Assembly: GCA_004431415.1 (NCBI GenBank)
Contig: QPMI01000010.1
Span: forward strand, 124,001 to 188,000
Direction: 5' to 3'
From: Cyanophora paradoxa CCMP329
Lineage: Eukaryota > Plantae > Glaucophyta
DNA length: 64,000 nucleotides
Of this stretch, positions 10,592 through 21,669 are shown piece after piece; within the stretch, counting starts at the first letter, position 1; each line of letters opens with the position of its first letter. The notes under the pieces were generated by a model, which was given only the letters and a program-made list of their open reading frames with translations, was not told the DNA's origin and made no database searches. A program made the position numbers and the translations under genes.

Positions 10592-13089
10592 CTAAAAGCG
10601 CGGGGGTATGCCGAAGAACTGGCGCCAGTCCGGGGGCGAAGGGGGGTTCACGGTCCCGAGAGCCGCCCCCGGCCCCAGCCCGAGCCCGCGGGGCGGCAGT
10701 CCGACCTGGGCGTGGGCCGGCAGCGGGCCCGGGAAGCCGGCGGCCGGGTGCGGCGAGGCGGCCGAAGCGAGGGGGAAGGCGGGAGCGATGCCCCGGTGCG
10801 TGTAGGGCGGCCCGTCCCGCGCGTGGTGGTCCGCCCTCGCGGCGGCCGCCTGCTGCCTCAGGACAAAGGCGGCGGCGGCGGCGGCCGCCGCCGCCGCGGC
10901 CGCGGCCGCCGCCGCGCTCGCCGCCGCCGCGCTGTTGGGCTGCAGCGCGGCGGCGGCCGCGGCGGCGGCCGCCGCCGTGGCCGCCGGGGTACGCATGGAC
11001 CCGATGCCGCCGCCGAGGGGCGGCGGGAAGGCGGAGACGGGGGAGGGACCCGAGCCGGGCGAGAGGCTGACGGGGGTAGAGGAGGCGGCGGAGGGGGTCG
11101 GGGCGGACGAGGGGATCGGGGAGGAGCGCGAGGGCGGGGGCCGCTCGCCCGAGAGGATCGCCTCGAGGCGGGCCTGGAGCGCGGCGAAGCGAGGCGGCGG
11201 CTGAGGCTGGGCGAACTCGGCCGCGGCGCGGGCCAGCTCGGAGAGGGCGATCGAGGCGGCGGCGGCGGTCACGCCGGCGTTGGAGCTGCTGCGGGAGCGG
11301 CCGGCCGAGGGCGGCGCCGACGGCAGCGACGAGCCGAAGGAGCCGGACTGGACGACGGGCGGGCGCTGCGGCGGGCGCGGCGCGTGCCCCGCCGCGCGTG
11401 CCTGCATCAGGTCCAACGAGTTCAGCTGCGGGCCGAAGAGGCTGTACTCGCTGAAGCCGGCGCCGCCGAGCCCTCCCAGGGCGAGGCCCGGGAGGGGCAG
11501 GGAGGAGGAGAGCTGCTGCGAGGCGGCGGCGACGCCCGTGGGCCGCGGCGAGGACTGCCCTCCCGTCGTCGTCGACCCGAAGCTGTTGGAGTGAGAGAGC
11601 AGCGCCCCCCCGCGGGGCTGTTGCCGGGGCGTGAGGTCCCCTGTAGAGCCGAAGCTGTTCGAGTGGGAGACGGGCGGCCGCGCCGCGTGGTGCGACGAGG
11701 ACGAGGGCGTCGCCACGGGGTCGGGCACCGTCGCCGCGATCTCCCTGCCACACACACAACAGTCAGACGAATTGGAGAATCTAAGAATCTAAGATTGTTG
11801 TTTAGTTTAAGGGCGGCACCGCATGAGGGCCGCGAGGCGCTGGACGCAGGCGCCCTCGGGCACGGCCGTCGCCTCCGAGGCGAAGAACGAGTCGTCGAAT
11901 GCGACGCCGGCCGAGGCCGAGACGAGCGAGAGCTTGCAGAGGACCGGGGAGGCCGGGAGCCCGCGCGCCTGGTGCTGCTGCTGCTGCTGCTGCGAGGGCG
12001 GCGAGCCCGAGCCCGAGTCCTGGGGGGTGGGCGAGGCCGAGCGGGACCCGGGGGCCGAGGCGCCTCCGCCGTGGCCGTTTCCGTGGCCGTGTCCGTTTCC
12101 GTTGCCGTTGGCGCCGCCGCCCATCGGGGTCGGCGAGCTGGCGCGGGACGAGCAGGCCGAGGAAGCGCAGGCCGGGGAGGCGCAGGGCGGGCCCGGGGGC
12201 GCCTCGCCCGCCAGGAGGTTCACGGGGCGCGCGGGGCCCCCGAGGGGCACGCCGGCCCGGAACAGGAACGCAAGTGCGCGGCAGGCGTCGGCGCAGGCGC
12301 GCGCGGCGGCGGAGACCGCCGAGGCGCCGGCGGGGAGGGAGCCCAGGTGGCGGACGAGGTCGCCCAGGGGCAGGAGCTCCATCGCGAGGCAGACGGCCCC
12401 GCAGGCGGGGTCCAGATACGCCCCGTAGAACCGAGCCACGCAGGGGTGCCGCAGGCCCCTGCGAGCCAGTCAAATCATCGGGCCGTCGCGATGTTTAGAG
12501 CCGCTCAGATCGGATCAGCGCACCTGAGCGTCTGGAACGTCGTCATGCCGAGCCCCAGGGCGGCCACGCCGCGCTTCAGGCGGTAGATGGCCACGGGCTG
12601 GCCCTGGAAGCTCCCCTTGAAGACCGAGGCGGCCGCGCCGTCGGCGATCGGGCTGGCGTAGGCCTCCGGCTTGATATCGACGCTCCCGGGCGGGAGGATG
12701 CACCCGTCCAGCGCCCGCAGCGCCGCCGCCCGCTCCTCGGGCGTCGAAGTCGGGGGCAGCGCCGGGCCGACCCCCGCCGGCTGCGGCGCCGGGCCGGCCG
12801 GGCGCGCGGGCTCCGGCGCCGCCTCGGCCGGCTCCGGGACGGGCGGGGAGCCGGCGGTCGGCGGCTGGCGGGCGCGGACGCCTGCGCCAGCGGCACCAGG
12901 GCTGGGAGTGCCGCGGCCGGGGCCGGGACCGGGGCCAGCGGGGGCGTCGGGAGGAGGCCGGAGCCCGAAGCGTGCGCCCCGCCGGCGGCCGGCTGCGCGG
13001 CCACGGGCGCGACCGAGGCGGGCTGGAGGGGGCCCTTCAGGGCCGCCGCGAACGACACGACCGCCTTCGACTGGCTCGCGGCCGACGAT

Positions 13090-13124
<35 letters not shown>

Positions 13125-15875
13125 GGAGCCGGAGGGTGGAACCGAGGACGCGCGCGCCGGGGGCCCGCCGGCGGCGGGCGGGGCGCCGCGGATCGCGGCG
13201 GCGGGAGGGGCGGCGCCCGGCGGGGGCTTGACCTTCTCCGCCCGCGAGGCGGCCGATTTGGCCGGCGCCGGCGCCGGGGGCGTCGGGAGGGGCAGCCGGG
13301 CCGGGATGTGCGCCTCGCCGATGCTGCCGCGCTTGCGCCGGCCCGCCGCCATCGTGACCCACTGTCCGGCGCCGCCCTCCTCCTCCTCCTCCAGGGCCGT
13401 CGCCGTTAGGTACGTCGGGATGGGCGAGTGCCCGTTCTCGTGCCCGTTCCCCGCCTTGCCGCCCTCCTCGTCCTCGTCCTCGTCCTCGCTGCCCAGCTTC
13501 TCTTCCTCGTCCTCCTCCTCGTCGCTGATCTCGGCGGGCGCGGGCTTGGGTGCCTCCTTGGGCTTCGGGCGCGGAGGGGGCGGGGGCGGCGCGGACTGCT
13601 GCCTCCCCTTCTTGCGCTTGCCGGCGGCGCTCGCGCTCGGCGTGCAGAGGTCCAGAGCCGCGAGCGCCGCCGAGAGCCCGTCGTCTCCGGTCGCCTTGGC
13701 CGCCTTGCCCCGCGAGGATTCCTTCGCGGCGGCGGCGGCCGCCGCCGCCGCCGCTGCCGCCGCCGCCGCCTTGGCCGCCGCGCTGGCAGCCTGGACCTCG
13801 CTACGCTTCTTGACGGATACGCGCGTCTCCGAGAGCAGTTCGTCCGTTAGGTAGACGCGGTGCCACGTGACGATGGTCTCAGAGTCCGGGTCCTCGCGCG
13901 TAACGACGAACTGCGGGCGGGCGGGCGGGGCGGTTGGGAGGGGACGGGTCGGGCCTGGGCGGGAGGTAGATTTGTATGCGAACCTTGCCCTCGCGGCGGT
14001 CCCGGTCCCACGTGCCCACGAGCGTCTCGCCGTCGCGCGAGACAAGCGTGCCCGACCCGTGGCGCAGGTCCGCCTCCCAGTTGCCTGCGGGGCACGCCCG
14101 TGAGCCGCGCGGCCGCGCCGGCGCGCGCGCGTCCCGTACCCGTGAAGCTGGAGCCGTCTGGGTAGAACGCCTTGCCCTGCCCGCAGGCAAGCCCGTCCTT
14201 GAACGATCCCTCGTACGTCGATCCGTCCGGCTGCGCCCGCCCAGCGCTTAGCACAGGGCCCAAACGAGCCCAGCGGGGCCCCGGCGCGCGCGCCTTGATC
14301 AGGGTGCCGTGGCCGTCGCACTTGCCGGCGCGCCACTCGCCGTTGTAGACGCGCCCGTCCGTGTACTTCATGACGCCCTGCGCAAAGATAAGCGGATGGA
14401 AGTCCAAAGGCAGCGGGGCGGGGCGGGGCGGGGCGGGGCGGAGCGGGGCGGGGCGCGCCTTTCCCTCCTGCTTGCTTTTGACCCACGAGCCGGTGTAGAC
14501 GCGGCCGTCGGTCCAGACGTACGTGCCCTGGCCTTCCAGCTCTCCCGCTACAAACTCTCCCTCCTGCACAGGATTCAGCGGCGGGCGGCGGAAGCAGCGG
14601 CAGCGGTGGAAGGCGGCGCACGTAGTACTCGTTCGGGTACTTCGGGCCGTACGTTTCCGTGCCGTACCCGTTCGGCTTCGAGTCTTTGAACGGGCCCTCG
14701 TACTTGCGACCGCTGGGCCAGATCTGCAGCGCGGATCAGGCGGCGGACGCTGCGCGGGGCCTCGAAGAGAGCGCGCCTTGACTCCAGAGCCCTGCATCTT
14801 GCCGTTCACCCAGTTCCCGCGCATGACCGTCTCTGAACGCAGCAGCGAATGAGACGGGCGAGAACCGCGGCTCGGCCGACCAGAGCGCACCGTCTTTCCA
14901 GAAGTACTCTCCTTTGCCTGGGCGCGACGCGAGCTTCAGGACCGACAAAAGAAAGGTAGCCGGGAAGAATGTGTCACCTTCCCAGTTCCCGTTCTTATAC
15001 TCTCCGACGTAGCGATCTCCCTTGGCGAGGTACTCGGTCGCGCGGACGAGCTTGTCCTGTCCGCGGAGTGAGCCAAGATGCGCTGTGCACGCGCGCAACA
15101 GGCTGCCAGACCTTACGCCACTCTCCCTCCTGCGTCCCGCCGTTCGCGTAGATCGCCTTGCCCTTCCCGTGGCGCTTGTCCTTCAACCAGTCGCCTGCCC
15201 GACACGGCGTTCAGCGCTACGCTGCAGCAAGAGAGGGCACCTTCAAAAGAAAGAGATATGACTGCCGCACCTTCGTATATGTCGCCGTTGGGCCACGTGT
15301 ACTTCCCAAAACCCGAAAAGAGCCCATGCTCGAACTCTCCCTCGTACGTGGCCCCGTCGCTGGCGAAGACAATGCTTCCCTGCGTACAGATTAGTTCGGC
15401 GGATCGTCGCGATACCATCAGACGGCCAGCAATGAGCTGCAAGCTCTAAGATCCCAGCTTTCGAAGTCGGCGGATGTAGTGCTTAGACCCTCGCCGCCGC
15501 CGCGCGACGTCGTTACATACTAACCTTGCCATGGAACTTGCCTGCGGGCAGAGTTTGGTCGATGCTCGCTGGCACACAGGATTCACAGAGGCAGGCAGTT
15601 GCGCACCTCGCTGGAAGCCACCTTTGTAAACGTTGCCCTGCCTTCCCGAGGCCCCGATACCTCCCCTCCACTCACCTGCACAGCGGGCGAGCATGTGCCC
15701 CGTCATGGCCGGCCGGCGGGCGCAAGCGTCTCAAGGGAACGTCGGGGGGCGAACCGGAGCCGTGTGGCTTCCCGCCGAGGAGCTCGCCCGTGTAAGTTGA
15801 CTTGTCGCTGAGCACGTAGTTCGTCACAACCACGACCTCCTCCTCGACGACGGCCGCCTTGCCCTTGCCCGCCAT
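10592..15875 (-). CDS. MORN-repeat protein with low-complexity linker, degenerate (pseudo)kinase domain and Ser/Pro/Ala-rich tail
   Basis: Many MORN repeats (YTGELLGGKPHG, YEGEFEHGLFSGFGKYTWPNGDIYEG, YNGEWRAGKCDGHG, YVWTDGRVYTGSW) at about 13990-15875. Kinase-like segment IADGAAASVFKGSFQGQPVAIY...LRHPCVARFYG...MELLPLGDL...PVNLL at about 11810-12700. Confidence 0.75.
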
Positions 15876-16152
15876 TGGGCGGCCGCTTCGCGGGGCTGCC
15901 CACTAGAGAGCGATCGCCGCGCCCGGCCTACGCGGCGGCTCTGCGCCGCCCCGGCCAGTGCACGATCCACTTGGCAGACGCGGCCAGCTAGCAGTCCCGG
16001 GTACACGTCCCTCGAGCTCCCGACCAACGCGGTCAAAACTGGTCGCAGCCGGGCACAGCGAAGTCCGACGAGCGGTGTAGCGCCGACGCGTTGCTCCCCG
16101 ACAACCGCCGGGCGCCGGCAAGGAGCCCAGCGCTTTCCGCCGGCGGAGCGCG

Positions 16153-19100
16153 ATGGCCCCGAACGCGCGCCTCCTGGCGGTCGTGCTGGCGCTGCTAGCG
16201 GTGCTGCACGGTGCGGAGGCCGCGGGCGACTACAAGGCAGACACGCTCTCCGTGCTCCTCTTCACCGGTTAGTCTGCTTTCTTTCCAATCTGCGAGCGAG
16301 TGACTCGTTCGACCGCGGCGCTGACTTGCGTGACCACGCAGGAGTCTTCGTGCTGTGCCTCCTGATTACATATGTGCTCCTGCAGGTTCGCGCCACCCAG
16401 ATCAAATGCGCGGGCCGCATTAGCGCGCGCTGGCCGCGCTGCGGAGCGCTCCGGCCTGCGCGAACAGATTGTTTGATGCCGAATGCTCGCATCCATACCA
16501 CACGCTCGCCCCCAGAGATCTGCCGGCTTCGCTCGGCCGCCCGCTGACCCGCCGACGGCCGCAGAGCCGGCTCGCCTACCTTCCGGAGTCGCTTGTGCAC
16601 ATCCTCCTGGGGATAGTTATTGGCGGTGCGAGAATCGACCCGCCGCTCGCCGCGCTGCCTCGCTCTGCCCTCCGAGCCTGGGCGCAGGGATCATCTACGG
16701 GACGGGGCGCGAGATCGAGGATTTGATCGCGTTCAACCCGCGCACTTTCTTCCTCTTCCTCCTACCCCCGATCGTCTTCCACGCTGGCTACGACCTGCAC
16801 AAGGGAAACTTCTTCAAGTGCGAGCGGCCCCTCCCGATCCAGACGCCGCCCTGGCCTCCGCTCCTCACTAAGCCCGCAGGAACCTCGGATCAATTCTGGT
16901 CTTTGCCGTCCTGGGTACGCTCGTGTCTGCGTTCGTCTTCGGAGGTGCGCCGCCGGCCTGCGCTCCCCGCTCCGACCCGACCCCGCCAACTCGCCGCCCC
17001 GCCCGCAGGCATTATCTACGCGCTCGGCAAAGCGTGCGCTCCCTTATTTCATCCGACACCGTACCCTTTCCATCCCGCCCACGCCGCACCGTACCCCCCA
17101 GGCACCTCTCGAAGGACATCAACTTCCTCGATAGCCTCGTCTTCGGGTCGATCGTCGCCTGTATCGTGCGCCGTACCCGTCCCCGGCTTCGATTCGGTAC
17201 CATCCCCCGCGTTCAAATCGCGTACCCCAGGACCCCGTGGCGACGCTGGCTATCTTCACGGCGCTGAACGTGGAGCCGACCCTCCACATGCTCGTGTTCG
17301 GCGAATCCGTCCTGAACGACGCCGTCTCCATCACCCTCGTACCCCCCTTTCTCGCCCCTTCGTTCTCTCCTTTCCGCAAACTGAACCGCCCCGCGCAGTA
17401 CCGAACCTTCGCCGAGTACGCGGCTGGGGGGGCCGAGTTCAACCGTGAGCCCGCACTTCCATCATTCTCACTCGTACCCCTTCTTGCCTGACACGCCCGC
17501 CCAGTCCCCGAGCTCGGCCTGGCCACGCTGCATTTCTGTATTATGACCTTCGGCTCCGTATTTATCGGTGCCCGGCCCTGCAAACTCCGCACCGTGGATC
17601 CAAATTCAGCATCCATTAAACCGCTACCCCTCTCGTCAGGCGTTGCGACGGCCCTCGTGAGCGCCCTGGTCCACAAGTACATCCATCTTAAGATGTACCC
17701 CTCCCTCGAGGTCCGCGTGCTCGCGGAATCCAGTACCCCTCAACCCGGCCGCTCGATTTACGCTTCCTGCAGATCTCCTTCGTATTCGTATTCGCGTATA
17801 TCCCCTACCTCATCGCCGAGGTCCGTACCCCCCCGCTTTCTGTTCCCCTTCCCTCCTACCCCCCTCGCCCGACGCCGTACCCCCGCAGGTCCTGAAGCTC
17901 TCGGGCGTCATGTCCATCCTGTTCGGGGGTATCGTGATGGCCCACTACACGCACTTCAGTGCGCTACCCCCCGCGTCCCCCCGTTGTCGGAGCTTAGCTG
18001 AGGGCCGCCCCCCGCCAGACCTCAGCCCCGTCTCCCAGATCACTGTTCAGCAGTGCGTTCGCCCGCGCTCCCTTCCGTACCCGCGCCGTTTAAATCCCGT
18101 ACCCCCCGAAGGGCCTTCCACATGTTTGCGTACATCTGCGAGACGACGGTCTTCATTTATCTGGGGTACGCGGCATTTTTCTTATACCCCCGAGTCCGCG
18201 GGGCGCCGCGGCCCGGCCCGGCCCGACCGCCCGCGCCGCAGCATGGCGGTGTTCGGGTACACGCACTCGTTCCACGGCGGCCTCATCTTCTGGTCCATCG
18301 TGCGCCGTAGCCCCCCTCCGCCCAGGTCGTGCCCCCGGTCCGAGCGGGCGCCGCGCAGCTCTTGGCGTTCCTCGCCCGCGCGGCGAACGTGTTCCCACTC
18401 GGCGCTCTCGTGAACCAGTTCCGAACGTGCGCGTACCCCCCGGTCCGGGATACGCGCGCCCCGCGCTCCCGTGCCAATGCTTCCGCCTGCCTCAGGATCA
18501 AGATTTCGCGCGAGCACATGTTCGTGCTCTGGTTCTCCGGTGATTCTCTACACCCCCGCCATCCCATCCGGTTCCGCAGCCCGCCCCGGCCTCACGTACC
18601 CCCGCAGGCCTGCGAGGAGCCCTCGCCTTCGCAATGGCTCTCAACTTCGGCAACCCGCACATCATGTAACCCCCCTCTTCCCTTCGCCCCCCCCCCTCCT
18701 CCCTCCTTCGAGCCGCGTACCCCCGCAGGTCCGCGACCCTCATCATGTGCCTCTTCACTATCGTCACCCTCGTGCGCGAAACTCCGTACCCCCTCCGAAT
18801 CCCTCCCCCGCCTGACGCGGCTGTACCCCAAGGGCGGCTCGACGCTGCCGCTCCTCAAGTACCTGTCCCGAAGGGGCGGCCAGGTCTTCAACTCGAAGAT
18901 CAGCATCGGCATGACCGAGATGGCGCGCCGTACCCCTCCCCCTTCCCTTCCCCCCCTTTCCGAACCGCGTACCCCCAGGGTAAGCCGATGGACTTCGAGG
19001 CTGTGGAGAGCCTGGACCAGCACGCGTCGGCCATCGGCGAGCGCGAGTCCTGGTTCGAGAGGATCGACCGCAAGGTCCGCGGCTCGATTCCCGCCGGGCC

Positions 19101-19685
19101 CACTTCCGTCCGTTCGCCGATCGGCCCCGCCCCCTCCCTCGCAGTACATGCAGCAGTTTTTCAGGAGCTCCGTTACGCCCCCCTTCCTCATGCCCCACTC
19201 GATTCAGGTACCTCCCCCCCCCTCCCCCCCCCTTCTTCTTCTCTTCTCTTCTTTCTCCGGCTGAGACGCGCCGCCGCAGTCGCACCGCTGGGCGCGCTCG
19301 GCGCACGCGGGAAAGGACGTGCCCATGCCCCACTCCGCCTCCTCTCCCTCCATGTTCGAGAGCTCCCAGGCGGTACGCCCTTCCCCTCTTCCCCCCGCCT
19401 CCCCCCCCCTCCGAGTCCCTGTACCCCTCCTGGTCCGACCGGGGCGCGGCGCAGAGCGCGGAGGACTTGGCGCAGGACCGGGGGGCGATCCTGGCGGCAC
19501 TGGAGAACGCCATCCGCCCGCCGAACCCGCGGCGGCGGGGCGAAGTCGAGATGCGGACTATGCGCCTCTACACCAACGACGGCGCCGGGACCAGCAGCAG
19601 CGGCGGGGGCGGGGGCGGCGAGGGCAGCAGTAGTGCAGCAGGGGCGGGGGCGGGGGCGGGGGCGGCAGCCCCCCTGGGCTCTTGA
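16153..19685 (+). CDS. Na+/H+ exchanger (CPA1, NHE8/SLC9A8-like), about 25 short introns
   Basis: Signal peptide MAPNARLLAVVLALLAVL. Motifs FNPRTFFLFLLPPIVFHAGY, DPVATLAIF, LVFGESVLNDAVSI, LSGVMSILFGGIVMAHY and WFSGLRGALAFAMAL. C-terminal ESWFERIDRKYMQQFF is typical of NHE8. Confidence 0.93.
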
Positions 19686-20170
19686 GGGGCCCAAGGCCAC
19701 TATGTTTACTTTTGCACGTTAGATCGTTCTCCTTAGCTATGCACGTAGGTTGACCCCCTAGGCCTCTACCTGTACCGAGATCTTGTTCCTTGTTTCAAGT
19801 ATAAATTTGAGCTGCAATTCAAAATCGTGCGCTGTGCACGTGGGAGGGTGCGCGCGGCCGCGACCGAGGGTGCGGAGCGGCCATGTACAGTTCGAACTCC
19901 GTCATGGCGCGCGCGCTGTGCCCGCGGGCCGGGGTGCGCGCGGCGCGGGGGCCGGGTATACGTATGTAAATCCGAGAGGCTTGCGCGCTTCTACGAGCGG
20001 GCTTCGAATTCGACGCATAACCACGGATACGAAACAAGGATAAAGTCGATTTAACTATTTATATTTGTATCTATAGAATTAATTTAGCCCGGAACTTCGG
20101 AACTTCGGACGCCGCGCTGGAGAATTTCGGAACTTCGGAAGGCGCTGCACGCTGCCTATAACTAGTCAAG

Positions 20171-21296
20171 CTACAGCTGGGCAAAGGAGCTGGCTGGGGC
20201 CCCCACCGGGGCGGACTTGAGGCACATGCGTACGGATCCGGAGGTCGCCCGGCTGCAGCCGCTGCACGGATCCGCCGCCTCCGCCACCCGCCAATCGTAC
20301 ACGGCCACCGCCCTGCCCGAACGAACTCGAAACGTTAGCGTAATCTCTACCGTTCTGCCACCGCCCTTTAATCTCGCGCGCACCCGTAGGCGCCGCAGAA
20401 GGCGCCCTGTGGGGATCCGTACGGGCAGGCGGAGCTGCAGCCGGTGCCGGGGCCCTGGACGACGGGCCCGAGGCGCGAGGCGGCGTCGAGGCTGCTGGCG
20501 ACGAGGCACGACGCCGAAGAGACGCCGAAGAAGCGGAAGCCGAGGCGGGCCGCCTCCGCCGCGCACGCGTCGAAGCCGTAGGCGGGCGCCGGCGGGCTGA
20601 CCGCCTGCATCACCGGCGCGACCGCGGACGGGTCGAACGCGAAGCAGCCCCGGTACGCGTATAGGCTTGGGCTGGGGCTGGGGCTGGGACTCGGCGAAGG
20701 CGTCGGCCCGGCGGGGAGGGTGAAATTCTTCGTCTCCGTCCCGGAATATTGGCTGCCTGATGCAATTTGGGTGCCAGCTACATCCTGGTAGGCCGTCGAT
20801 GTGCAGCTGATGTCGAACTCCTGCGAGTAAGGCCCAGATATATTCTGCGCGTGCGTCCCATAGTACTAGTCAGACGTTAATAACGTTAACATACACATTC
20901 ACTATAGCTAGCTATGTATATACGTATACATGTACGTAGGGAAACATCTCACCACAGTTGTGGTCGTGATTCCGGTTTGGAGACACGAACCCGTCTGAGC
21001 CACGACGACGAGGCCGGAGTTGAAGGGCCCTGCTGGATCTTTGACCCCCGTCGGACTGGACACGCTGCAGACCGTCTTCACGCTGCAGGCTTTGGAGTTC
21101 GCGTTGGTGTCGCCTCCGCTCCACGAGACGGTGAGGACAATGGCGCTGTATGTCAGGGCAGTCGCCGTCTGGCTAACTGCGCACGCGCGCGTACGCCGAG
21201 CGATCATGAGCTCGCGAAGCTCGCGATCGCACGACCTCGAGGCCCTATATACATCTAGGCGTGCACGTGCGGTGCCACCGCACCTGTCGTGCCCAT
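20171..21296 (-). CDS. WSC-domain protein with a beta-rich (FN3-like) segment and (SP)n linker; start uncertain
   Basis: YAYRGCF...FDACAAEAARLGFRFFGV...CLV...CSSACP...FCGAYGAVAVY matches the WSC cysteine pattern. It is preceded by PTPSPSPSPSPS and a Thr/Ser-rich domain. Confidence 0.65.
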
Positions 21297-21669
21297 CGGC
21301 CCGTGCCTGTTTGCAACTGCAAGCCGCTGGTTCTCGAAGCTTAAAAGAAGCTTAAACGAAGCTTTTTTCGAGCGAGGGCGCCGCTCATGCACGTAGCTCC
21401 CTTCGGATCAGATTTGTGTACCCAAGCAGGCCCGGGCTCCGGCGGGCTGAGGCGGGCTCTCGCGGCTTTTGCCGACCATTGCCATCAAATCGCAGTCTCG
21501 AGATGAGTGACAACGCGGGGTCAGCAGCTTCGACGCGTACGGGCGCGGAGAGCGCCGCTGCACATCTCAAGGTGCGGCGAACGATGTCGTAAGCCTTGCG
21601 CATGCTCTTGCTCGGCCTGCGTTCAGCGCTGATGAATACGCACAGTCGACGAGGGCGGGCCGCTGAGAG

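Noticed and set aside
10476-14621. Long antisense and alternative-frame ORFs rich in R/G/A/P, here and throughout the window
   Set aside because: They are shadow ORFs of GC-rich coding sequence with no domain signal.
16407-16470. Hairpin followed by ACA in the 180-nt second NHE intron, as an H/ACA snoRNA
   Set aside because: No proper ANANNA box or identifiable target, and such stems arise easily at this GC content.
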